Source: Tubiluchus corallicola (lineage: Eukaryota; Animalia; Priapulida). Taken from it: a DNA stretch of 64,000 nucleotides. The position numbers and the translations under genes were made by a program. Below are positions 37,044-50,356 of this stretch, piece by piece. Position 1 is the first letter of the stretch, and every line of letters starts with the position of its first letter. The notes below the pieces were generated by a model. The model was not told the origin of the DNA. It saw nothing but the letters and a program-made list of their open reading frames with translations, and did no database searches. Location of the stretch: positions 620,001 through 684,000 of the forward strand of contig JAQGDQ010000038.1 of assembly GCA_030141605.1 (NCBI GenBank). Direction: 5' to 3'.

Positions 37044-38381
37044 AAAAATCGGGTTCTGCCTTAAAATATTTTGATCAGTTCACATAGTTGATGACAGTTC
37101 GAAATAAAAATATATGTTTGTGCGCGTACACATTGAGATGCCTTAACGTTGCATAGGCCAGTAATTACATGTATCAATTGCAAGTAATTTTTAAATAAAA
37201 ATATTAACTTGTAAAAATTACAGGGAGCTTGTTTTAAAACGGGTCACAAATTCCCACTTTTACTCGAATTTCTTATTTTTATGCAGTTTAGCATACTATG
37301 TAAACCGGCATCCAATAGTTCCTACTGTTTACTTGCATGGCTTAGTTAAAGGACAAGAAAACATTATTCTTAAATAAAGCTTAAAAAATTCTTCTTGAAA
37401 TTTTGTATCACTTACATGCTGTTTTATTGCGCACAGAGACAGCGTCAGCAGTAATGGTGTATGAAACTTGTAAATTTAATATCCCGCGATGATAGTTAGG
37501 CACAGCCATTTGAAACAAGTTAGATAACATTGAGTAAAACTTGAGTGAATAATCAGAGTATTCAGAGTTCACTCTTCCCTAACTAAGCAAAAGCATGATT
37601 TACTTTATATTGCCAATAAGATCAATAATGTGTTTTTAGTGATCGAGTTGTGCATATCGGAACGGTGGTACAGTAACGTTTTAGCAGTTGACATGAATGT
37701 TTTAAATTATTAATAATTTTCTTTTCCACGTACGTAAGTCTTTGAGGCAGATAAACATAGTGCTATGTAATATAACTTCGTATGGAATTTTTTTTAATAT
37801 ACTTTAAAATATATAATATAATATATGGGATATACTTTAAAATTCCTTTATCTTCCCTTTAAAATTGGCTTTAAAACTGGCACAGGTTAGGGAAATTTCT
37901 AACATACTCTTCTGTTTTTCTGTTATGTCCCCTTAATGATTTACATTATTTATATAAAACAACGATTGTTGTTAAACGCTTGTAGCAAATTGCCAGCAAT
38001 AAGCCTACATCTGTCATCTGGATGTAATTTTGTCTTACAGCCTTGCAGACCTGGAATTATCTCAAACTGGGATATATTTTCTCTCGCCTGACTTCATGTT
38101 GCGATTTCTCCCAGCCAATCAGAAGTTTCCTGATGTTTCAACAAGCCACGTGACTTTTTTCTGAATGTCATTCGAGCTTCTTCATTCTCCATTCACAGTT
38201 AAAATGAGCAATACAGCCCAGGAAAAGCATATTTTTCTGGCATGCTGGTACCAGCTATTTAGCAATGGTACACGAGCGATACAGCTCATTAAAAACACAC
38301 ACGCCAATGAACGTGGCTATTAATTGTCATCTGGTTTGTTCTGATCTCCGAAAAACTACATCTACAACCACTTTATTGCCC

Positions 38382-38515
38382 TCGTCATCATCATCGTCAT
38401 CATCTTCATCATCACATCATCGTCATCATCTTCTTCTTCACCATCATCATCATCATCATCGTCGTCGTCGTCGTCGTCGTTCTTCATCATCATCATCATC
38501 ATAATCATCATCACT
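38382..38515. repeat. Compound (TCA)n/(TCG)n/(TCT)n trinucleotide microsatellite
   Basis: Direct reading; it explains the poly-S/H/R ORF 38265-38504. Confidence 0.95.
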
Positions 38516-38679
38516 ATCAATTTTAGCATTATATTAGCCTACTTTGCTATTATAATCAGTTATTCGAGGGTCGCGTTTTCATGACTCCGCACACCGCATT
38601 CTGTTTTCTTGACGAAGCCACATGAGCTGCTGCTTTCTAAGTGACTGAAAAACGTGAATGTTTCGCGTGCTTGACTTGC

Positions 38680-38960
38680 AAAACTCTTCTAATTTGCTCG
38701 TAAACAAAACCCCCACTTGCTTATTTAGAGCATTCCAGGCATATTTTCGTCTTCTGGTGATAACAGAACTGCAGGGACTGCTCTCCATGATTCCACGTCT
38801 GTCCCAGTACAAACTGAAACTCACCATGTGCATAAAGCAACTACATGAAGACTACAACAACGCATCCAGAGGCCTACTCCAAGTTTTTCCTGGAACAAAG
38901 CCAACTTAACCTCCGTATTCTTTATCTGATTTTTGTTAGAATAAACCAGCTCCCGATTAG
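38680..38960 (+). mobile_element. Decayed LINE ORF2 C-terminal remnant
   Basis: LFRAF...IKQLHEDYNNASRGLL resembles the 'LF.AY...L.VAYNNAFR.LL' tail of L2-group LINE ORF2 proteins. Frameshifted. Confidence 0.4.
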
Positions 38961-41494
38961 GATTCAACTGGTGGGCAAAACAACAGTGACAGCATTCATT
39001 TTTACTGATAGTCTGTATGAGGAAGTTTTATGCTTTGGTGTTAATATCAATCTTACGCAGGTCAAGTCATTTCAGCATTGCTTAACAGCTTAGCGCATGA
39101 CTTATAAGAGTTACGCATAATAAAACGTCCAAGAAACCGTACCAAGTATTGATAAAATTGGTCATAACTATGAATTAAGTATATTTATCGAATAAACGCC
39201 ACGAGAAGAGCTCTTTGAGAGTACATTTAGCATAGTATGCACCCAATTTAGTATAACACAGTGTACTAGTACAGCCCTCGCTCCTCCGTTCTACCTTCTA
39301 AGAGTACGAATTTTGACCTTTTTTATCCTACAGCGTTAATCCAGGATTATTTACCGGACAAAAAGTGGGTAGCCTAGGGCTAAACTCAAGCTCGTCTTAG
39401 CCCAAACAAACACCAAACAATTACGAGAACGCCTGTATGAAATTGTGAATTGTAATAAAAGCAAAATTAGTAAGTGATAATGATTACTGCCTCTAAGGAG
39501 GCAGCTCCTTAGAAAACACTAGAAAAAGGCAAGAAACTATTTTAAGCGGGAAAATATTTTCTGGTGGCGTTATACATTATTGGGAAACACTTTAATACTG
39601 CACAAGTAACAGCCATGTGGTTTTGCATGCTTATTTTGTGGAGAACTTGATCCTGCCTAGCAGGTGGCTGGGAAGATTACGTAACACGCAGAGTAAGTTT
39701 GTTACAGAACTTGAGCTAAATATGACCCATGTCATGTCATAATTATAGCAATTTCAGCAAAGCCACTAATACTGCCTGTTGAAGAATAATCATAGAGTTT
39801 GGAAAGTTGTGTGATTCTTGTTTAGAAACTGATGAAGTGAAATTAATGCGTTTGCGTAACTTTAAGCGAAGGCAAGGCTGTTGTCCAAAAAAGACTAGTA
39901 AAAATTTAATTATGTACTGTTCTGCAAACTACATTCACAATGTGGAATTAAACAAAGTACAGCAATGTAACGGCTTTTAAAAACTGAACTACTTTGCACG
40001 ATACTAAAATTTCATAAAAACAAGCTTGTGTTAACTGATAATCATCAGTCGCGATTGTGGTGTCATAAAAACTGTAAACTTAATTACAAATTTACCCACG
40101 ATGTATATATAATACAAAACATCAAAATAGTATTTAAAATATACACAAAAAACACAGTTTATTACCAGTTCACGTTTGAAATATATAGTAACAGTTTGTC
40201 AGTTTAGCAGTTACTTATTTACATTTTATGGAACTAGTTTATTCCTCGTCAATCAGCACAATGTTGTACGGCGTTACATTTAGAACCAAAATAGTTTACT
40301 TTAATAAAATATGTGTATGGACTATGGATATGTAGGCCTGGCTTTAAAACCAGAAACTTATATAACATATATAGCCTATATAATATACCCTCAGACATAC
40401 ATAATAGACCCTTTCAGTCGTTGGATGCCACAGTTACGGATTTTTTGACTGTATGAATATTGGGTGATTCTTCACCTCAACTGAAATTAATATTGCAATT
40501 TATAAAAAAGTTTATTTTTTTGAAGCCTTCTATCAGTGCAAACAAAATGAATTATTAATCAAGGGCAAATTAATCAACAAGGAGTTGTTTCTGTGACAAA
40601 AACGGAATCGCTAGGAGAAGATATCGTGTCATCTTCACCAGCGACTCTTGCTGAAGCTGAAAATAATGTTTAAAATGAAAGCAGAACCATGCGAATTCAC
40701 TTTTCAAAGAGAAATTTTAAATTTTGTCATATGAACAGAGGTGACAACACATGGGTCAAAACAGGCAAAAGTCACTTTTAATGAATTAATAACAATTTCC
40801 AAAATAAACATTTTAACTACCTACTTAATTAATTATATAAACAGCATCATATGGCTCTATTAACAGAACATAGCTCTATTAATAATTATAAAATATACAG
40901 ACTTCTCATATTTATAACAGCTATTCATAGCTCCGCAATTAGGCCTAAATTACACAGTATTATGTGCTTAATAATTTTTCATTATTTAAAAAAACATGGT
41001 ATTACCGACTTATTTTTATTTAAAATCTGCCATCAAGTTTCAAGTTTCAAGTTTGCAGATCAAGATCCAGAAGTATAATGTTCTACTTTAAAGATCACTT
41101 TTTACTTTTTCTTGCTATAAGAACTTTCGAACTTTGCATTTGTAAACGACGACAAGTTAACGTTTTAACACACTAATAGTACTCAAGACATTTGTACTAA
41201 AAGTAATCATTATTGTGACATGGACAGTAAAAATGATTTTTGTGTGTATATAGGTTGCAAGAAATTTTTTTTCTTCTATGTCTGTAAACTTGCAGTCTCA
41301 TAAGCACAGGGAATTCTTGTTTCAGTTTTTGTGTTATTGACACTTGCCTCCAGTAAGGAAACTGATGTCAAATGTTTTTTATCCCTTTTGGCCTGCCACA
41401 TAACGACTTCAGAGATGTGAGATCCAGGATCCAGTAGAGCCTGTTGGCTTTCAATTTTGTGAGTTCGAAACTCACTGTTTAGCAGTTTCAGGTG

Positions 41495-44400
41495 TTAATA
41501 TCGAGCTTTGATGGAAGCTCTACACATTCTTCTATTTGATCCTCTTTTTGCATTACAGTCCTCCATCTCTCGAATGTACTTTTGTCTCCATTGACAACAC
41601 TTCTCCAGCACTGCCTTTTGATTGTGGCACTTTGCAGCTTTCATAGCTATGTCCTTACCTACAAACAGAACACTGTCTTTTGAATGTTATAAATTTTGCA
41701 GCTTGGTCAGAAGCAATAGACATGTTAGGATGTAACCGTCTGTAGCATTACTTTTACAGCAACGCATATGCATCTCAGATAAGGTAAATTAAGAGAAGTT
41801 TAGGCATTAACATTGCATCTTATCCCATGTGGCCTACTTACCCCAACGTCTTCCAGCAAATGTGTGTAGTTTTAGTTTAGCTAAATGGACTCTGTTATTT
41901 TTGCGAGCAACGTACCAGCGATCAGCACTGCACTCCATCCTAAAGTGAAATTTAATTTTAAATTGTTAATCTTTGTTAATTTTGCTATATATCTGGAAAG
42001 TAGTTAACTTCCCATGCAAATTAAGATAATTTAATTTTGAAAATTCTCTCTGCACAGTCTAAAAGCTTATGAAAATAAGCTGTGAACTGCAAAATACTTT
42101 TAAATATAGATAGATTCAGTAAAGGGCAAATAAAAGCATGTATCTGTACAGCTTATATGAAATTTAAAAGTCTAAAAATAAATATATTAAAAATATAAAA
42201 TTAAATATAAATACAATTTAAAGTTATATGTATATTTTAATAATATAAATATTTTAATTGGAAAATGTAATTAATGTTAAAAATGTTTTTAATTTTCAAA
42301 TATTTATTTACTTTCGCTTAGCAAGATGCTGTCCAATCTTGCAGCATTTTCGTGGCGTATAAGAATAGCTGTTGAAATCATAGGCATTCTCATCATCGTC
42401 CTCATTGCCACTGTCCAGTCTGTTCCCGTGAGTTTTCAGACGAATAGATGCACGATTGTTCAGAGACCTCTGGCGAGCAGCACGCATCAACTCTTCTGGT
42501 CGAACTGCATCTGCAAGAAATGAAAACAACAAGTTAAGCTGTCCATCTAGCTAAATACTTCTTCCATGGAAGTCAGTAAAATCTCTTGTCAGTAAAAGCT
42601 CTTGTACTTATCAATATAATTGAACCAGGTTTTGCAACAGTTTATAAAGTAAAAAGCAGTGATATATGAGCTCTACCTTACAATAACAGAGGGTTCACTA
42701 GTTGGCGGCTTTTATTTGGTCAATAATATTCTTAGTAAAAACTCGTATAATTGTAAAAATGAATGCACCAGGTTTTGCAACAGTTTATTAAGTAATAAAG
42801 GCAATGAGCTCTACTGTACAAAAACAGAGGATCTGTTAGTTAGCTTTTATTTGGGCAATAATAGTTTTAGTTAATGACACCGCAGATGCTTTAAAAACTT
42901 TAATGCAATACACATATCACGTTTTACAGGGCGTAGCTGAGTGGCACTGTATTAGTTTAACTACGAAAGTTACTAGCTGAATTTCTTCAGTGCATAATGG
43001 CTGACGACGAGCTGGGAAACTGTTTTTTTGGCTGTTTCATCTGCAATATTAGCTGCCTCTGGCTACCTCGTTCCAATAACACACCACTGGCCCAGTTCAG
43101 TGTTTCAACTTAAATGATGATGCTCGACAATGACAAACAGAGGAAGCACTAGGCAATCACACTCTTTTTATTTTTTAAACATTTTTAGCATACAGGCCTA
43201 AATTAATAACTTACAGAAGATATAACAATAAAGCGCATCAAAGCACTGTCCAGTATCCATAGTAAAGGCGAGGTAACAGTCGAGATTAATGTGTGACAAT
43301 CAGACAAGGGCAGTGAAGCAAGGAGTTTTTGCATCTTCTTTGTCTCCTTTGGACTGCAAAGCGCAGTTTTGTTTATCACAGACACGTGTTTGTTTTTAAT
43401 AAATGACTCTCTTTTTAATAAATGTGTATTGTTGTGTATTTAAAGTAATAAACTGCCTGAAAGGCTTCGGAAACGAAGTAGGAACGCGCAGGGCCTATTT
43501 CAGCCTAAGCGAGGCCCGGGGAAGTGGGGTGTGTGAGGCCCCCTTGGGGGGAGAGGGGGCAAAGCGCCGGGGAGCGGGCGCCACCCAGAAAATTTTTGAA
43601 CTGCTGGAACGCCGGAGAAGCATTTTCGAAGAGAAAATATGGAATTATACAGTTGTTAAAGGAAAGAACAATTGAAAGAAAAACTGCTTTATTCTCAAGA
43701 CCAGTCCTTAATACTTGTCAATACTGGCAAATTGCGCGCGTGCGGCAAGAGAGAGGGATAGAGGAGGCAGTATGTTCGCACGAAGCAAAAAAAGTACCTC
43801 GGCGTGAGGCCCTCCTGGAGGGTGAGGCCCCGGTAAAGTATCCCCACTCCCCCCCTTTGAAATAGGGCCTGGGAACGCGTGAAAAAGTCACGGCACACCA
43901 AGTAGTATTATATTATGTTGGCTACAAACACATATTTTACTTTCGTAAATGCGATACAATCACAAGCAAGCGACCTGCAAGCGAATTTCGTAAAATTGCA
44001 ACATTGCTTTTGTCGTTTTCGTGATCACTCATTTTGCAAAAAGAAATCGTGAACTTGGACGCTGCGAACTCTGAAAGGAAAATGTGCTGTACGACAACCA
44101 AATACACCAAACAAAGAGAATCTTACAACACAGTTTTTCATGCTTCGTGCTTAGACATATCAGTGGCTATCAATAGAATGTTAAATGTAGAATTTTTGGC
44201 TCGCTATTAGGACGTTCACTTTTTCTGCTATCCGTTCAGCCCGCTAACGTTAAATGTAGTAGAGGCCAGTGTGAACCGCCTATCACCGGCTGAAATGCAG
44301 ACCACAGGCACCTATTACATGAACTTTCCTGGCACAGTGTTAGGTTTTTGTTGATTATGATACTGCCTTGTTGGCTAATGCCTACGGATTGTTGATTGGG

Positions 44401-45968
44401 CATTTTTCGCTATAGGTATACCTTTTGCAACAGTCAAAGTGCGCTTTGTTGCTATGATATAGAAAAAATCAGTTTCTCTTTTTTTCAGCATTGAGAAAAC
44501 GAGGTCTTAGGTAACGATATCTGGTAAGTTTTGAAAAAACGCAATCGACCTTGCTCTTCTGCCCTGAATATTACGTGCGCTTCCTAGAAGGCCAATGACA
44601 CAATCTGTTGATGCTTAGTGAAAAACATGAGAGCAAGAATTCTGCTTCCTATAAACAGAGCGAAAATATACTTGTCAGTTGGTTTTGGTTGAAGAATGTG
44701 TCGGTTTATTTCTGACATGCCTGCCACAGAAACAGAAAACGAATTACAACATCCGGTTACAATTAGGCACGCGCAGAAAGTACAAAACGCATTTCTAGGA
44801 AACACAACCAAAGACCAAGATCTGTAATTGAACAAGCGAGTTATTGCTATTTTCATCCATGGTCAATTAGATTTGTTTATTAGAAGTGTGCATCATGTTG
44901 TGTACAGTTTGACTTCAAAAGCGCTACGTAATTTACCCTTATCAGCTAATCGAAGCCTTAATGAAGCAGAAAGGAGCTTACAACTTCTGAGACTCCATGC
45001 AGCTTAGTCTGATCATTTCTGCTTAAAGAGAACACTTTTGCTTAGGTTACTACATGTATTCGACAGCTTTGGCTTGTACTATTTGGTAATATGTAAAATG
45101 CCCATAATTAGTGACACTTCTCTGAAGAATAATGTTCGCCGCAAGCCGATATAGAAAGCCAACTTCTGTGACAAAGTCGCCATTCAGTAATGTAACAAAC
45201 ACACATGCTACCCACATGCTGATTTTCAAACAGTAACTATTAGCAAGCGAGCTACTATGGTTAGCTAAAGTGGGAGTTTCTGGCCACTGGTCAGTTTACT
45301 GAGCCAGCAGATGTTCAGCAAATTGGTTTAAATGTAACTTTCTGTTCGGCATTAGCATTAGCAGGAACTGCAAGCCAAAAAACTGTAGAAAATATTTTCT
45401 GCGGCGAGTTTATGAAGGAGTGACTGAATAAATGAGTGAAAGAATGAACAAATGAATGTACGAATGAATGGAACGATCGATTAACGAATGAATATTCGAG
45501 CCAGAAAATGAAAAAGACAAATAAACAAACATACAAACACGCAAACACAAACAAACACGCAAGCAAACAAACGATAATAAAGACTTTAAAAAACGACAAA
45601 GAAGTAAAAACTAAAATTAAATGAATATTGCACAAAAAAATTAGCAATTACTTGATAATTCGTTCTACAATAATTTCTTTTACCATTTCATAGACCCATG
45701 TTGATATATAACTGATTGTTTAGCTTGATAAATTGTTTAAAAGAACTGAATTCCAACTAGAAAAATTTGTTAAACTAACGGTAACAGATGTGTCAGGCTG
45801 GAAACTCCTACTTTGCTTGACAGAGGAACGAAGTCAACCAAGCGTGTAATGGCGCACCATTAAATACACTCTGATCGTTTTTATGAATGACCTCACTCAT
45901 TACCACTTACCCACAGTGGAGAAGACCAGCCAAGACAAGCCCAGCATGAATAGAAACAGCCTCTTCAT
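41495..45968 (-). CDS. Uncharacterised 172-aa secreted, basic, 8-Cys protein; exons 45968-45911, 42510-42312, 41939-41842, 41658-41495
   Basis: Four exons with strong GTAAGT/GTAAAT donors and pyrimidine-rich acceptors join in frame (phases 1, 2, 1; 519 nt): MKRLFLFMLGLSWLVFSTVDAVRPEELMRAARQRSLNNRASIRLKTHGNRLDSGNEDDDENAYDFNSYSYTPRKCCKIGQHLAKRKMECSADRWYVARKNNRVHLAKLKLHTFAGRRWGKDIAMKAAKCHNQKAVLEKCCQWRQKYIREMEDCNAKRGSNRRMCRASIKARY*. Clear signal peptide. Confidence 0.85.
42624..42875. repeat. Diverged tandem duplication (~143-bp period)
   Basis: ACCAGGTTTTGCAACAGTTT..ATGAGCTCTAC..ACAGAGG..GCTTTTATTTGG.CAATAATA occurs at ~42624 and ~42767. Confidence 0.8.
43489..43871. mobile_element. GC-rich non-autonomous hAT MITE (383 bp)
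   Basis: TIRs CAGGGCCTATTTCA / TGAAATAGGGCCTG (one mismatch) and a perfect 8-bp TSD GGAACGCG (43481-88, 43872-79). Confidence 0.92.
45415..45605. repeat. Degenerate (GAAT)n / (CAAA)n low-complexity tract
   Basis: Direct reading; it explains ORF 45315-45647. Confidence 0.75.
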
Positions 45969-46653
45969 TTTTTTTATTCACAATTTATAATTTTTCTTGC
46001 TATTAAAATTGCACAAGCTTTTAGTGTAGCCCAGAAAGCGTTGGGTAGGACCACTCGAGCTGGTTTACATAGTGTAACTTTCTCAGTCACGTGACAATGT
46101 TAGCGAATTACAGTAGTAGTAGAAGCTGTGGAGGCGTGTCGGGCTGTTCTTATTTAACTAGGGGTGGCGAGATCGTGCGACTTGATGTACACGAATAATC
46201 GCTTCAAAGTATAGATTAACACTTTTCAGCGCATTAAATCATCTGCAACACAGATGTTTATTTTCTAGTTTGACAAGTAAATAAACAAACCAATGACGAA
46301 GTGAAACACGGTACAAATAACTTAAAGCTGCTCATCTTTTTTATTAAAAATTTAGTCGCTTATTCAAACCTTTATGTAAATGATGTTTACGTAACGTAAT
46401 GTAAGTGACTTAATGCTCAGCTCTATTTTATTCAAACTTTTCAAGTTAAATTCTGCCAAGAGACAAAATATTGCAATTGTTTTCATATCGCTTTAATTAA
46501 AACCTATAATTCATTCTTAACACGCCCCTGTTTACATCAAATTACATCTTTTGTAAGTGCCCATACCATGTTGAGTACGTACGGCAACTAAACACTTTCT
46601 ACGGTCAGCTTGAATGCGAAGACAGCAAAAAATCGACCAGTGACGGCTGCATA

Positions 46654-46655
<2 letters not shown>

Positions 46656-46698
<43 letters not shown>

Positions 46699-46723
46699 CA
46701 CACACATATATATATATATATAT
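46656..46723. repeat. (TA)n/(CA)n microsatellite
   Basis: Direct reading. Confidence 0.95.
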
Positions 46724-49700
46724 TATGTAAAGCAACCATTTTTACTAATATAACCCCCTAAACAACTGTAGTTTAATTTGTAACTTGTAAGCTTGCGTAC
46801 TATATTTAATTTAAGTGCATGTACCCTAGTAGAAGGCATTAATTACCCTTTCCTCATCGCAGCAACCTTTCACAAATTAATTATATCAGTCAAATTAATT
46901 ATAGGCTGGAATTATACCGTTAAATTAATCCAAGTCTATCACAGTTTGACAACTAAAAATGTCAAACTAATTATTATTGTTGTGTTCATACACACAATTG
47001 AATTGTATAATATTGTAAATAAATTAATTCATTCTGTTACATTCTATTTCAGTAGCTGGTGGCACTTCCATATATATAGTTAAATCTAATCTATCGTACC
47101 AACCATATCGTGTCTTTAGATAACACAATTTTATACGCCAAAGTGTTTTTATAAGAGAACACACGTTTCTCATAATAAATTTTGCGAAAAGTAACATAGT
47201 AGGGAGCCAATTACAGGTAATAAGTACAAAACAAAGCAGTAACAGTCATTAACCTTTGTATTTTTGTTCCTTGAGTTAAATGAAAACAATATCGACTGCA
47301 TTCCGTATGTTAACAGTCACATTAATTTATTATTTTATACCAAACAAACTAATTGCTACAAGAATAGCAAAAACAACACAATTTGTAACCGTTCCATAAT
47401 TTTTGTACAATTTATTTATGACAATAATAACTATAATAGACAACATCATGACTATAAATTGTGTTCCTATAAATTAAATAACTATGGCATCTTGCAACCA
47501 TAAGTAATTAGCCGTTCAATTAATATCAATATAGCAAAATCCGTCTCACATATATTCCAAAGAACTTACCTTATCTTCACATAATTTAATATTAGATTTT
47601 AACAAATTATAATAATTAATTCCACTATTAAGACTCATCGTTACAATTATGATTTGTACAGAAATGTGCTATCTAGATCTAGTAACTAAGCCTATAATGA
47701 TTTATTACTACGACAATGGCAAAATAGGAAATACATGCCCAGCTACAAAAAAGTTTAATAATTATAAAGTAAAAAGGCACAAAAACACTGTTCCCACAAA
47801 TGGAAATGAAACGATAGGAATAATAATGATTATTACATAGAAAACAAGAAAAACAATAAAGTTAAACAGCACCACTATAAGTTCGTCTGTAATGGCTATG
47901 CTACACAACATAAGCGATATTACTCAAAAATGTTTACAAAGAGTTTCATTTAAAATGACTTGCGTAAAAATCATGTACTTGAGGTTATGTAAACATAGTT
48001 CAGCCGCTCGTTTCTAAGAGTAAATAAAGCACAGGTTTCATACAACAAAGGAGTACATACATCTTCACTGGAGTGTGGAAATTAAATTTTTTTAACTCTT
48101 TCTTTACACTTGACAGTTCATTATTAATCAGTAGGTTTTCAATGTAAACTTTACAGCAATAAAGTAGTATTGACTTTGAAAGAAAAAATCAAATGAAATT
48201 GTAATATACAAGAAACAAGACAAAAGGACATGGATGAGTCAGAGCCACTTGTAATGACCTATACTCACTGCTGAAGACTCAGCTTAAATTTTTGTGTAAT
48301 AAATAACATTAGGTGTTATCAACATCTTATTATGACACCATGTTTTCACTAGTATATTAGAATGTATAGAAATAATAATGTCTTGTAATATTAGTCATTC
48401 AGAACTAGTTGATACAGTGGAAATCCAATAGATACTTAATGGACCTGTCTCTACAATCTAAGCTGTGCCAATCGAATGGCATAATTCTTCTAAGATCTTG
48501 TGAATAAGAATTCTCCCACAAAACACTGTAATCACTATAGTTTTTTGTTTTAATATTTGGATGATGGCAAGACAGAATCTTAAATGTATGCATAATCCAT
48601 TCATCCACAATGAGTATTTACTTGACTAAACAAACCAGCCTTAATCCTAATCAGTGCCCTAATTGTCCTAATCAGTAACACAACATTAAGAGTTAAAGCT
48701 GCTGGACCTATTATGGAAGCCATGCTATATTTACAAAGTGACACTTTGCATTTCTGAAATAGTTGAAATACTGTTGTGGTCTGACGTAATGAACATAAAC
48801 TAAATAATAAGAAACAATTACTAGAAATACAAATTGAAATATACGCACCACTTGACACTGCTTTTGATAATGCATTTGATTTTACATTGTTTATCTGTTA
48901 CAACCAAATAAAATAACTAAATATTAGATGTCTTACTGCTAAAGACATTTTGATTCTATATCTAAACTAACAGCTACTTTTACATTCAAAGTTCACAAAA
49001 GTTATTTTAAAACATTGTAAAAATGTCTCTCGACACAACACTATACACTGTACAACAAAATAGATACATACACTGCAACCACGTATAAACAGTTTTGAGC
49101 GAATAAACATAAAAAATGTGATTTTAGCAAAATTTAAAAAGTCAAAGTACAATCTGTGCATAATGCATAATTGTAAAATACAGTTTCTAAAAAAATCGTT
49201 CTGCACACAAATAAATTTCACAATATAAAATGCATATATGAAAAGAACACAGCTTCTCAAGCCAAACAAACAGCGACAAGTATAATGACTCACAGTTTAA
49301 ATGCCATTAGCCTGCAGTTAAAACGTAAAAAACGCATTAGATGGCAGCACATTTCTGTCAAAGAAAAGTGTTTCGCAATGCCTTGTAGAATGCAATTTAA
49401 TCAAATTAATTAATAGTTTTAGTTTGCAATGAGAAGTCGGACAAAAAATGCAGCAGGTACTGTATAAAATGATTTATGGTAACAAACACTACATATAATT
49501 CCGCAAATAATGACTAAACAACGAACATTCTCACGGTGCCGTTTCAAACAATTCAGAAATTTAACACGATTTTCACAAGATTGCAATTTATTGACTTCTT
49601 ACATGTAAACAATAATAACGTTTTAGTTTTTACTGGTAAGTTTCTTGCTCTCTTTTGCATTAAGTATTGGTAAGAGTAATTTGCTTTAATTTAAAAACAA

Positions 49701-50131
49701 TTAGTTAAAAAAGTTAAGTCACAATTTAAAAAATGCCAAAATGACAGTTAATAATTACTTGAAGCACAATCTCAAATAAGTTGACGATTTTCTAAAAACA
49801 TTACCCAAAAACCAACGAGTATCAAAAATTTAACTGCTGGTTATACCACTAACAATTCTAAAAATTTCTGGCAAAAAAACCAACTATGTTGCCAGGCAAT
49901 CTGTGAGATAAACATTGTTACATGGTACTTCACTGTCATATGATGAGAGGTGATTCACTGCTGTCAATACACCACGTGCCAAAGTTGATTATCTCACTTT
50001 CACAATACACAGTTCAATTACATATTGGCATGATCAATTGATTATGCATATTTCTTTCTCGCTCTCTTGGTATCACCAATAGATGACATGGCAAGAGACA
50101 AGTTTGGAAATGTTCTAGGTAACTAAAACCG

Positions 50132-50356
50132 TCACACTGTTGTTCCATATGTCACTCCATCCTCTGACACGACTATGTCCTCTGCACTGGCAATATGTGA
50201 CATATTTACAACAACACTACGTACTGGTTCATCCCCACTCCCTGCATCACTGTCCGAATGATCAGGGGTCAACCGATCAGGTGTGGCGGTCAACTCGCTA
50301 CGTGTGTCCATGTCGGTGGGTATAATAGTTTCCAATGCTAATGGGCCGACTTGCAC
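50132..50356 (-). CDS. Probable alternative terminal coding exon of the large membrane-protein gene, ending in YGTTV*
   Basis: Acceptor cttttttatcacttag-type (TAG at 50359-57) opens a phase-0, 74-codon acidic Ser/Thr-rich frame with coding-like GC content. The upstream donor is uncertain. Confidence 0.6.
   Translation of the reverse strand: MQVGPLALETIIPTDMDTRSELTATPDRLTPDHSDSDAGSGDEPVRSVVVNMSHIASAEDIVVSEDGVTYGTTV

Noticed and set aside
38265-38504. ORF with poly-Ser/His/Arg runs
   Set aside because: It is the translation of a trinucleotide microsatellite, with no splice or codon evidence.
43403-43901. Three overlapping GC-rich ORFs
   Set aside because: They lie largely within a TIR/TSD-bounded MITE and are open only because of high GC; no transposase motifs.
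44255-44285. Harbinger-like terminus GGCCAGTGTGAACCGCCT
   Set aside because: I could not find a convincing partner TIR or TSD, so element boundaries are unsupported.
45315-45647. 110-aa hydrophobic ORF
   Set aside because: It is the product of (TTTG)n/(TTCA)n low-complexity sequence in an intron.
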